Source of the DNA: Geosiphon pyriformis uo1
Taxonomy: Eukaryota > Fungi > Glomeromycota
DNA length: 64,000 bases
Assembly (NCBI GenBank): GCA_016748015.1
Contig: JAAOMT010000703.1
Span: forward strand, 1-64,000
Direction: 5' to 3'
Within the stretch, counting starts at the first letter, position 1, and every line of letters begins with the position of its first letter. Positions 10,233 through 22,187 of this stretch are shown here, in pieces. The notes under the pieces are model-generated. The model made no database searches and was not told where the DNA came from. It saw only the letters and a program-made list of their open reading frames with translations. The position numbers were made by a program, and so were the translations under genes.

Positions 10233-13200
10233 ACTGCAGACTTATGATATCAAAGCCTAACAGAAAAACCAACCAACTTTGTCACCTTTAAACTTGCTTT
10301 TCTATGATACTTTTGCAATCTTGATACTTTTATCAGATTACAGAATCAATTTAGCATAATAAAACAAAAAGACCATAAAGCAATAACTATTTATCTTGGA
10401 TGATTCAACCAAGTTCTTTGTCAAATATTGGTAATTGAAAAGGACTACTACACTATGGCACAAGTTTTTAATCAATTTGTTAAAGGACTAAAGAGCAGTC
10501 TCCTGAGATCTGTAAAACCTTGACATCTAACAAATCTACTAGACACTGTTGCTCTTGTTTGCAATTTTGAGTCAGCAAAACAAAAAGCCAATCACACCTA
10601 AGCTATTAATTTAGCCATCAACAAAATCATGAATATCAATGCAAAAATAATCTAATTAAGTAAAAAATTAATTCAAAAAATTGAGAGATTCTTAACCAGT
10701 ACCATAGAAACTTATCAGCCATTCTAACAAAAAAACAATAACAGCAGTAAATACTACCAACAACAGAAATGTCAGCAACAAGAACAACCTTAGAGATTTG
10801 ATTTCTGTAATTGTTATTATTGTCAGAAACTTGGACATATTGCCCAAAATTACTAACAGAAATTAGTGAACCAGAATTAAAAAACTTTATACTAACACTC
10901 AAGATATCTCTAAACAAAAGACCCCAATATTCTATGTCTCAATATTCACTGTTCCAATGTGTACAACCAATTATATATACTTAACAACTGTCTTAAAACT
11001 ACTATTAGCCATTGCAGCCAATAACTCAAGTAGCACCACAATACCAAAATTTCATTTATAATCTATTTAAACCTCATATAATTAACTACAATTAAGAATA
11101 GAAAAACTCTAGAAACAATTAGATGCAAACTAACAGTAGACCATTATGACCTCTTAATTGGAATAATGCCTTATTTTAATCAGCACTAAACAGATATCCA
11201 AATCAAGTCTCATATTTTAGCCTCTTTGAAAACCAGAATTTTTGTAGTTCTATATCTTTAGATGAGAAGAATATAAAAAAAATACCCAACCTTTTAAGTC
11301 GAAATCAAATCAACAATACTATTCCACCCATCACTATTATTAAAAACACCACTCTTGTTGTTATTTTCCCCTTCAATATTAACAATCTAAACACCAACAA
11401 CCTTTTCAGTAGAGCTATTATTAATCAGAATAAATCAATAACTGCCCTGTATACTGATACTAGAATTGAAAACATAGACATTAAATTGATTTTCAATAGT
11501 AGATTAATAGGTAGTATAATTACAAAGCAACTCATGGATCAATTAGGTTGCCAAGTAGACCATGCAGCTACCATTCAAATCATAACTGCAGATAGAAATA
11601 CTAAAACCCTAATAGGAAAAATTGACAACTTTTTCTTCAAAATTGACAGAATTCAAATTCTTACCAAAGTACTTATTATAGAGGCCTCCCAATATCAAGC
11701 CTTCATAGGAAACAATTGGTTAGCCAAAGTTAATGCTACCATTAACTGGAATACACAGGAACTACAGATTATCTTTAATAAACAGTATACATGAATTTTG
11801 GCTATATATAAACACTTCAAAGCTTAAAGCCCAGAAAAACTACTGATTGAATTTGAAGACTTAATACTACCACCAACAATAGAGGCCTATTAAGTTTCTT
11901 GGGCTGATGATTACTGAGCAGAGTTATTTCTACCACCAACTTGAAAAGAAAAAAGTAAAGAAAAAGCAGAAAAAGAACTACAATTGGCATCTGCAAACTA
12001 TTCTGCTTTAAGTCAAGAAAGTCAATAGTATCAAATTCTAAAATTAATTTGTGTCAACTATGGAAAAAAGTTATCTTCTATAGATGCATGTATTAGAGAT
12101 GACAAGGAATGGCCAACTACCACCAAACATTATTGCAAACTTTGTGTATTAGAAAAATTTGGCAGACCAAAACAACAAAGTAAATAGGACAATACATCAT
12201 GTCTTGTCTATAATGAGATTCTGCCAGATAAAAAACTATAGAATAATGTTCCTGGCAAAAAAAAACATACAATAAAGCATGTCAATACACTATTTTAATC
12301 AATAATTAGGTATGAAAAAGAACCTTGATTAAGGATGCTTAAAGACAAGCACTTAGTAGATTAAATAATTATTTACATAATGAACATGAAATATGGAGAA
12401 TAATAAGTGCTAAAGCCAAAGGTGCTATACTTGGTAAAATACAAAAAATCAAAAAAAATCTATTTATACTGGAATATGATAGAGCTGACTATATTACAGA
12501 AAATTTCTTTATAAATAACCTAGATGTATTGTAAGATCAATACCAGAAATTGGTTTCAATCTGAGAAAAGCAAAAACAATAGCTAACTAACCTAAACACA
12601 AAACTGTGTAATTATTGTTTAATCCTTTGTTACTTTTAATATTGTGACAAATGTAATCTCATGTTTAACCTGTTTTTAAGAAAACTATACTGAATTATTG
12701 AACTATCTAAATTCAAAATAGAAGAAAAATTAATCACTAAGAATATGTTGTTTTAAGATTCAATTAAAGATACTAAAACAGAATAGTATTTTGTTTATTC
12801 AAATCTCTCCAAAGAATTAGAATTAAAATGGTACAGTGACAACAAAAAAGAAATTTGCCCTAAAAGAACACATAACACCAATACTGGTTTTAACTTACAA
12901 TACCCTAAACAATCATCCATAATTATAGTCTTATATTTCTTTGTAACAATAGATTTTAAGATAGCATTAGAAATTTCTGTTAGTACAATGATACAAGTTG
13001 TTTTTTGATCTAGTTTAGCCAAGAAAAAAATTGACATAAAGGAAAGAATCATTGATGCTAGTTATATGGAAAACATTATTGTAATATTACAAAACAATTC
13101 AAACAAACTCTACAAAATAGAATTAAAAGAAAAGATTGTCCAAGCTATTTTTCTATCCTTAGTCAAAATACCACAATTAAGTCCAGTAACAACTTGAAAA

Positions 13201-16200
13201 AAATTAGGTCTCACTACTTAAGAAATTAATGGGTTTGAATCAAGTAAAAAAAGAAATGTACCAGTCAATTTTATGGAGAAAAACAATAACCAAATAGAGC
13301 TTATCTATATTAACACAGTCATTTTTATCCTCTTATACTGACAATATATCTTCAAAATAAATCAAAAAATCCAAAATCAAGCCCTGTTAGTTGAAGCCAG
13401 TCCTAAAATCTGTTTTCTAGCTGATGTTGCTAACCTATACTTACTAATCAAAGCCCATAAACATTTTAAAATCTCTATTTACAACCCTCTAAAAGATATT
13501 ATTAAAATTTCCAAAAAAACTTTTGTTGATTCCATCTTACCAGACATTCAATATTTTAAAAAATTTCAGCCTATTCCAGATTTTGCACAGCTATTTTATT
13601 TTGCAATATTATCTCACAAGTATAAAACTTGCCAAAAGAAAGTTATCTGTTTACACCAGAAGAAATTAACAAACTACACTTAGAAAATCTGAATACTCTT
13701 TAGTAAATGCAATTTAAGGTTCTTTTGAATCAATACATTGATGTTTTTGCCAGCAAAAATGAGTTTAGACATACTGATATTGTGAAGCATCAGATTAATA
13801 TGGGAGATATATGACTTATTAAATAGTGGGCCTACTAAGTGTCCTTATATAGTAATAATCTAATTAAGCAAAAAGTACAAAGAATACTTGACAATGGCTT
13901 GATTAAAAAATTGCTAAGCCCTTGGTTCTCTTCAGTGGTTTTGGTTATCAAAAAAAATGGAAAGATAAGATTCTGTGTAGACTACTAGAAGCTAAACAGT
14001 ATTACTTAAGAAGATAGTTATCTCAAATCTCTTATTTAAAAAATTCTAGACAATTTAGAAAACAAAAAATAATTCTTGTTATTAGATCTAGCCAGTGGAT
14101 ATTGGCAGATTAAAATAGGCTTTAAAGATAAAAGAAAAACAGCATTTACTACTCAAGATAGAAACTTTAAGTTTAACATAATGCTCTTTAAACTCTACAA
14201 CACTTCTGTTATCTTTCAACATCTTATGGATGTTATGTACAAAAAAATCTTGTGAAAATCAGTCATAATATACTTAGATAATACCATTGTCTTCTTGAAA
14301 ACATTTAACAATCATTTGCTCCATCTTCAGCAAGTTTTTAAACACCTTCGTAGTGCCAGATTAAAACTCAATCCCGATAAATACTTCTTTGGAAAGACTG
14401 TGTTAAAATTCCTAGGACACATAATTGGCAAAAACAGAGTTAAACCTGACCCAGATAAAGTTCAAAAAGTCAAAAATTTTCCAGCTCCAATCAACCTCAA
14501 AGAATTATAAAAAATTTTAGGATTGACAAAATATTATTAACAATTCATCAAAGAATTCTTGACTATTACAAAACCACTTTACTAGTTGTTGTCCAAACAT
14601 GTACAGTACCTATAAAAAAAAGACCAACAGAAAACATTTAACTATCTTAAGCAGTAATTGATTACATCTCCAATTCTGATTTACTCAGATTTTACTAAAC
14701 AGTTTATTTTCACTACAGATACTTTGAAAAATGCTCTAGAAATAGTCTTATTACAAATAAAACTGGACAATAGAGAACATTTAATTGTCTACACTAGTTG
14801 CAGCACTAGCCCAACAGAAAAAAATTACAGCACAACAGATCTGGAATGTCTTACGATTTATTGAACTGTACAGATATAAAAACATTATTTCAGTTTGCTT
14901 TTTAATCTATATACTAATTATAAAAAACTTGTTTGGTTACTCAACAATTCACAACTAAAAAGAAAATATGCAAGAAGGAATACTTATCTGCAACAATTTC
15001 CATTCAAAGTTTATTACAAGGAAGGATCCAAAAACACCAATGTCAACAGTTTGTTAAGAATGCTACAAATCTAATCTCAGACTCATAGACACAACCAATT
15101 ATTACTGATTACATCAGTACCTATTGACATTACATTTTAAGAAGATATTATCTTAACAGGAACAAAGTACCATACAAAAACAAGCCTAAAATTATTTTAT
15201 TCAAGAATGTCAAAACTGTTCTACTCATAACAAGTTATCAAAAACAATAAAAAAAAACTATATTACATAGTATATATTTTAATTCAATTGCAAAACACTT
15301 TAACAAAAATGCTACCTTCGAGAAAACCCTAAATTTATACTATTAACCAATGATATACAAAAACATTTTTGAATATATGCTTAATTGTGACTTATATCAG
15401 TAAAGAAGAGGAGCCAGAACAATGAAACCACTTTGACCCATTCTAGTTGGAAATCTATTTGATAGAATTAGAATCAATTTGGTTGGTTCTTTCTCCATAA
15501 CATATAAAAGAAATTGTTATATTGTTGTAGTTATAAATTATTTAACAAAATAGCCAAAAGCCAAAGCCATCCAAGTAGCAGATACTAAAACAGTAGCTGA
15601 GTTTATACACCAAGATCTGATTTGCAGACATAGATGTTCAAAAAAACTGTTATCCAATTAAGGAATGCATTTTATCAATAATACATTAACTGAATTAAGT
15701 TAACAGTTTGGAATAAAATGTTTTTTATTGTCACCATATTACCCATAAATGAATGGATTGGTAAAACAATTTAACCAAACACTGTGTGAAGCACTAGCAA
15801 AAATAAGTCATAAAAACAAACAAGAATAGAACTTATTCATACCTTCTGTACTCTTTGCATACCAAATATTAAAACAAAATATGACTCAGTTGACACCATT
15901 TGAATTAGTCTATAGAAAAAGCTATGTTATTAATTGAACAAATAATACTGTCCTACTCAACAAAAACAATCAATGAAAAGAATTTTGAAGCTACCTTATA
16001 CCAAAAAACATACCAGCTAATGAAAATATTAGAAGACAATCATAAAACAACAGCTGACAATATTAGTTATATTCAAGAATAACAAAAAAAAAGACATAAT
16101 AACCACTTATTAGAACAACCAATAGAATTCAAGATTGGAAACCAAGTACTATTACATTATACAAAAGCTAAGAAACAATGAAGTGAAAAGTTTGACCCAA

Positions 16201-16427
16201 AGTGAAACAGTCTATTTTATGTACACAAAATTTTAGGCAATAAAGCTTACAAATTACGATTGGAAAACAGAATCTTAAAGAAAGTAGTACATAGAAATCA
16301 GTTAAAAATTTATCATGTAAAACAAGAATCATTATTATCAGTACCTAAACTAGGAGCACAAATTTTATTAATCAGACCAGAAGATATACTATGAGATTTG
16401 AAACTAATTATTGTCATTGAAACATAG
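10233..16427 (+). pseudogene. A gag C-terminal part and pol: PR ~11430-11830, Cys-rich ~12040-12670, dUTPase ~12810-13250, RT ~13740-14460, RH ~14660-15060, IN ~15250-16320
   Basis: LIFNSRLIGSII, IDASYMENI, IRFCVDY*KLN, LDLASGYWQI, YLDN, FTTDT, INLVGSFSI, MNGLVKQFN. Confidence 0.92.
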
Positions 16428-16509
16428 ACAATGTACAACAAATTAAATTAAGAAATTCAAATGTATATAACATCTGAAAAAAACAACAAAAAATGATAAA
16501 ACTTTTAAC

Positions 16510-17205
16510 ATGAACCTGTTAGATCAAATTTTACAACTCTCAAAACAATTATTTGACACAATTCAGTAATCTTCTGCTCAAATAAAAGTAATAATTGATA
16601 AAAAAAAATACAATATAAAGATAAAAGCAAGAAAAAAAAGGGTGAAAGTTCAACTAGAACTAAACAGTTCTATTTCTATCCAATACTTAAAAGAGGAAAT
16701 TGGAAAAAAAATTTCTCTCGAGTAAGACAGAGAATAAAAAAAGTTTATAAAAAATACTTGGTCTCCAAGCTTAAAAAAATTAAAAAAGCTTTAGTTCATG
16801 GAATTGATCTTTCCAAACCAGGAGAATGGACACCAGACAATATCCAGGAATAGAAAAAAAAACTTTTACTAGCATATTGGTTTTACAAAATTGGTAAACA
16901 ACTAGATTTGAAGACATCATATGGAGATCTCAACCAGAAAACTTTTAACAAAAAAGCAATACAACAAATAAAAAAATTCATAGAAAAAAACAACCTAATG
17001 TTATATTACAAAGCAGCATATCAATTATATACTGCTTTCTAACATTGTTCAAACATACTGTTGTATGAATCTATAAAAACTATAATAGTTAACAACATAA
17101 GACAAATAACCAATTAACAGTTCAAAAACCTACAAAAAACTATTGAACACTATACAAACAAAGTTATAATAATAAATACATATAATTTTGCAGAAGTTCA
17201 ATCCT
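16510..17205 (+). pseudogene. A extra ORF after integrase (ORF3, unknown function)
   Basis: Reads LAYWFYKIGKQLDLKTSYGDL...YYKAAYQLYTAF; homologous segments in E, J and H. Confidence 0.65.
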
Positions 17206-17221
17206 AAAAAAAAAGAGATAA

Positions 17222-18239
17222 TATTACCCAAGTAGAAAAACTGATCCAAAGTTATGAAGAAACATAACCAAAATGTGACATAGCACAGAATAGTATGCAA
17301 TAATGTTGGATAATGCATTATAACTTAGGATAACACAGGATTATGCATTACAATATAGGATAACACAGAATAACATATAATAACACCAGATAATGCATTA
17401 TAACAGAGAATAACTAAAAATAATATAGAAAAACGAAGCAATAACAGAGATAACAAAAGCAATTCTGTAAAACCAAAAGAATATATAAAAATGAGTAGTT
17501 GTAAAAATTAGAAAAAAAGACAAGAAACATTTAAATATGAACCACTAGACAAGAATCAAATATCTTTATCTCTTTCATCATTTATTCTATTCTATATTCA
17601 TCTTTTGAAATAAATTAATTATTGAGAAATCAGAATTACAAATTTATTTTCTCAAATTTTGTGAAATTTACATAAATTAACCATTGTTTTGTACCTTTGT
17701 TCCAGAACAGATGCTTTTAGCATAACTGCCTCAAACTATTAATAATTGGACCAATTGTTCTTAATCACAGCAATTAATAATACTAATTCATCTTTTTTTA
17801 TTTTTTTTTTATTTTTTTTTTATTTTTTTCTTCTCTTTCTTTATTTTTTTCTTGTAGAACAGCAACATAGTAAAATCGACTGTCTGAGAATAGACTTTGT
17901 GATAACTTGGTAAAAGAGAAAAGCTCCCTCTAAGTTTTAGATATTAATATTATCTTGGTAGCTTACTAAAAAAGTGAAAAAACAATACCAGATCCTAATA
18001 ACTGCACTCATTAACTTGGAGAAGATAGCTCATATTTATAAGAAATTGCAATCAACAAAAGTTAAACCTCTGTGTTTTATAACCAAAGAACTCAACAAAT
18101 AAATTCACAATCAGTAGATAAGATCTTTAAAAACTGATAATTAAAATTAAGTCAACAGAATTATGCAAAACATGTATTACTAATAATTAAGAGCACTAAA
18201 CATTACCATTTTTTTATTCCACCAAGTTTATCTATAACA
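17222..18239 (+). repeat. 3' LTR of A (PPT at 17206-17221)
   Basis: T(G>A)TTAC...TAACA termini; purine tract upstream; ~10-bp tandem repeats at 17275-17455. Confidence 0.88.
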
Positions 18240-21200
18240 TTAAATAATAGAGTTTTACTTCATCTTTATAATTAATTTAATTAATTTTATTGTGTATTTA
18301 ATGTATTTAACTTTTTTTATTTGGCAAATATTTTCTTAAGTGGTTTTATTGATTAAAGTCATAATAAAATCATAAATTATTTTAGTATTATATAGATAAT
18401 AATAGAGTTTGTTAAGAGTATTGTTTTATACTATATTAAAAGAAGTTTTTTTTTTATTTTTTCTGAAATTGACAAACCATATTAACAAGTTTGATTATAA
18501 ACTTTTTTTCTTATTATAATGTTAATTCAGTTATATTTTTTAAAAGTAGTTCTTTATATATAAAACAGTATATATTGTTCTATTTTTTACTTTGTTTTGA
18601 ACTGTCAAATTATTACTAGTAATAAGCTTTATAGTAATAACAAATATAAGTTTCTATAAATAAAAGTTTTTTAGAATATAGAATGATTGTTTTTTTGGTT
18701 CTGGTTTTAAATATAGATATTTTGAATAATTACTCTGTTTTTTCAGCCTAATTAAATATTAATTTAAATGTTATATAGGTTTTAATAATTAGCAATTTTT
18801 TTTTCAAATTTGAATACTAAAGCTTTTTCAAATTGTTTATTAAAAATATTATAAATAACAAATATTTAGATATATTTTCTTTTGTATAAAATTTTGAGTT
18901 TTTGGATTTTTCAATTTAAATTGGCATTGGTCTTAAAAACCCAATTATTTTTAACAAAAGCTTAATATTAAAGTGTATTTATAATTAAAACTTTAATTAA
19001 AATAATAATTCTTTTAAATATAAAAAAAATTTGTTAATTTTTCTACTGAAGTTTTTTTTATATTATTGACAATAACAATAACTGTTTAGACAGATTGGTT
19101 AATACTCTGTTTAAATTGTTGTATTAATTAGTAAATAATAATATTTTTGACAGATTTTTTGTTTAGAATTAAATAGATTGGTTTTTTTTCGATTTATATT
19201 TCAGGATATATTATAGTAATTGCTTTTTGCTGCATACTAAATAAAAATAGTGATTTATTGGCTTTAAATTCAAAAAAAAATTTAAAAGATTGGTATTTTT
19301 AGTAATTCTTGTAAATAAAATTGTATTGCTAAAAAAATTTAATTTTAATGTTGTAGCTTTATTTTTAGAAAGTGCAGTTTGTTAAAAATTCGGTTTTTTT
19401 TGTATTATTAAATGGTTAAATTAAGTATGATAATAAATTGTGAATTGTTTCAAAAAACTAATTGGTAATTAGTATTAATTTTGTTGTTATTTATTAAGAA
19501 TTGGTTTTATTGAACCAATTTTTTTGCAAATACTTGGTATTGTTAAGCAAGTAGTAATTGTTAATACTGTTGTTGAATTGGTTGTAAAAAAAAATAAAAA
19601 TAACTATTCTAATATTAAGATCTGAAAAAATAATAAGTTAATAATGAAAGTTAATAGTAAGATTGCTAAAACTAAAAATAACATAAATTATTTTTTTGTT
19701 GTTGGTTTCTTTGCATCATTTTGCAATCTTATTTTTAATGTTCTGAAATATTACAATAGTAATAATTCTAAGATTAATTATTAGATAATAATGAAAAATT
19801 GTTTTAATTTTATTGTTGTAGTAATTAATATCTCTGTTTTTGCTGCTGTTATTAATTAATAAAGTAATTTTCAATTTTTTTTATAAGTTGATCAATTTTT
19901 TTTTAACTGCTAAGTTAGTTTTTTCAATTATAAGATTAATAAGTTTAATGTGATTAGCTTTTTTTATTGATATTTTATAAGTCTTAATATATTAAATAAT
20001 TATGGGTAAATTTTATAATACATATAAACAAACTTTTTTGATTAATTTATTCTTAAATTTAGTAATTAATTGGCTTAATATTTGAGCATTAGATTAGTAA
20101 TTATTGGTTTCTAATTGGTAAATTTGTCAAAAAAGTTTGTTAAACATTTCAAGATAAATTATAATAAATTTTGCTAATTTTTGCTTAATGTTTTGAAATC
20201 AATTTTAAAAAGTAATAGATATATTGTTATTAGTAAACTGCTCAAAAAAAAGCATTTTTAAATAATTGTCAGTTTTTAAAAAAAAATTTAAAATTTTTAA
20301 ATCATTTGTCTGTAGTTCTTTAAAAGAAGTAAAAAATAGCTTTGAGTATTTTTATGGTATTCTATTTGTTAGCATTTTCTGCTTTTAAAACTTTGTCCAA
20401 CTATTTTTGAGAACTAGTGTTAGCATTTTTTTTATAAATTCAGTAATTTTTACATTATAAACAGTTGTCATTTTTTTTGTGTCTTTGTTTTTGGCAGTTT
20501 TTTTCTTAGTAAATTTAGAAATATTTTTATTGTTACCTATATTGTTAGAGTAATTATTCTGTTTTTTGCTAAGTAATTGAAAAGATTTATGTTGGTAAAA
20601 ATTTGTTTAGATTGTTGTATTGGACTTTTTGGTAATATAAATTCTTTGGTCTTAAAAAATATTTAAGTAATAAATTTAGTGTCTAAGCTTAAACAAATAA
20701 AGCTAAAAATAGTGTAATTAAAAGTGGTAATTTAAAACTGAATTCTTGTTTGAATGTTTACAAGTTTTGAAAAATTGTCTTTGATATGTTAAATATTGTA
20801 TAAATTGATTAAGTGTTTTTTATCTTTTCTGCTTGTTTTAAGTTCAGACTCAAGTTTAAAAATAAATTGTAAATTAGCAAGATATTTTTCTTTACAAAAT
20901 TTAATAATATTGTAATAAAGTTTTTTAAAGTAAATAGCACAATTATCAGCATTAATATTTTTTGAATCTCCATTTAAGTAATAGATTAAATTTTTATGAA
21001 AATTTTGTTTGACTTTTGTGATGTTGTAGTTTTCAAAAAAATAATTGTTAATTCAGTTTTTGATGTATTAAAAGAATATTTTCTTAAAAACTGTGATTTT
21101 ATCTTGAATTTTAAATCGTTGTTTGCAGTAAATATAAATAAACTGATAATATTTTAGAGTTAATATATCTAATGTAATTACTACTTTGAAGTTGTTATTA

Positions 21201-22187
21201 TTGTGTTAATTTATGAAAAAGCACCAAATGTTACTAAAAGTTTTTAGTCTTTTTTTTTGAATATTGTTAATGTTATTTTGCTGTTAATTCTTAATTATTA
21301 AAAGCTGTTGAACCTCTGATAACTGAATTTATTTTTAAATTATTTTCTATAACTTGAATTACTGGGCTTATAAGTAGAATGGCCAATTTTGTACCAGTTA
21401 TTTTGTGTAGGTACTTTTCAGTAAAAGTTAACTTTTTTTCAAAAAATGCTTTTCTGAAAGCTTACTAAAAATGTGTAATTACTTTGCTGTAAAAGTTAAC
21501 TTTTTTATAGAAATTTTGTCTGTAGGCTATATTAATATATATAATGAAAAAAATATAAAAAAAAAGAATTTCGTTAAAAGAATTGTCTTTTATTTAGGCC
21601 TGAAGTTTTTAAAAAATTACTGAAATTAATAACTAATTAATTTTAAAATGTTAGTTAAAGTTCAAGTAATATTAAATGTAATAATTAAAAATTTTGCTTT
21701 TCAAAGTATTTCATTTTTTTATTAATTTGTAAAAATATATTAAAAGATAATTAATTCTTACTAAAATTGTAATTTCAAAGTAAGATATATTTTCTTAAAA
21801 AAAAAAGCTTTTTTTTTAAACAACTTGTTGTAATACTAGTCTATGAATTTACACTTTTCTTTTTACTATTATTTTGTCAAATTAAAAATACATTTTGGTA
21901 AATACATATTATTTTTATAAACTATTTAGTATTTTGGTAAACTATTAATTATTTTGGCGAATTTCTACAAATTTCGGTGAATTCTTGTATGTTATATAGT
22001 TCAGAGTATTGTGTGCTCTGATTATTATTTGTGTATTATACAAATTGGGTTATTAATTAAATAGTAATTTAAACAATTTGATAAAATAATAAGTGATAAA
22101 TTAAAATAATAATATATATACTAATTATTAATAGAAATTATAAGGATAATTTTATATTATTTATTGACTAAAATTTTATTGGTAATA
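18240..22187 (-). mobile_element. Ty3/gypsy element C (B family): 5' LTR 21229-22187, PBS ~21211-21226, gag, PR, Cys-rich domain; interrupted by A
   Basis: Collinear with B 6250-10227 but more AT-eroded. Confidence 0.88.

Larger units (their letters stand above)
1..18239 (+). mobile_element. Ty3/gypsy LTR retrotransposon A (degenerate, 5' LTR cut by window edge, interrupted by element B)
   Basis: 1-414 aligns to 17825-18239 (LTR pair); PBS after the first LTR, PPT before the second; gag-PR-dUTPase-RT-RH-IN order. Confidence 0.93.

Noticed and set aside
16190-16427. Chromodomain at the integrase C-terminus
   Set aside because: Only a GPF/Y-like region is recognisable; no YLVKW-type motif
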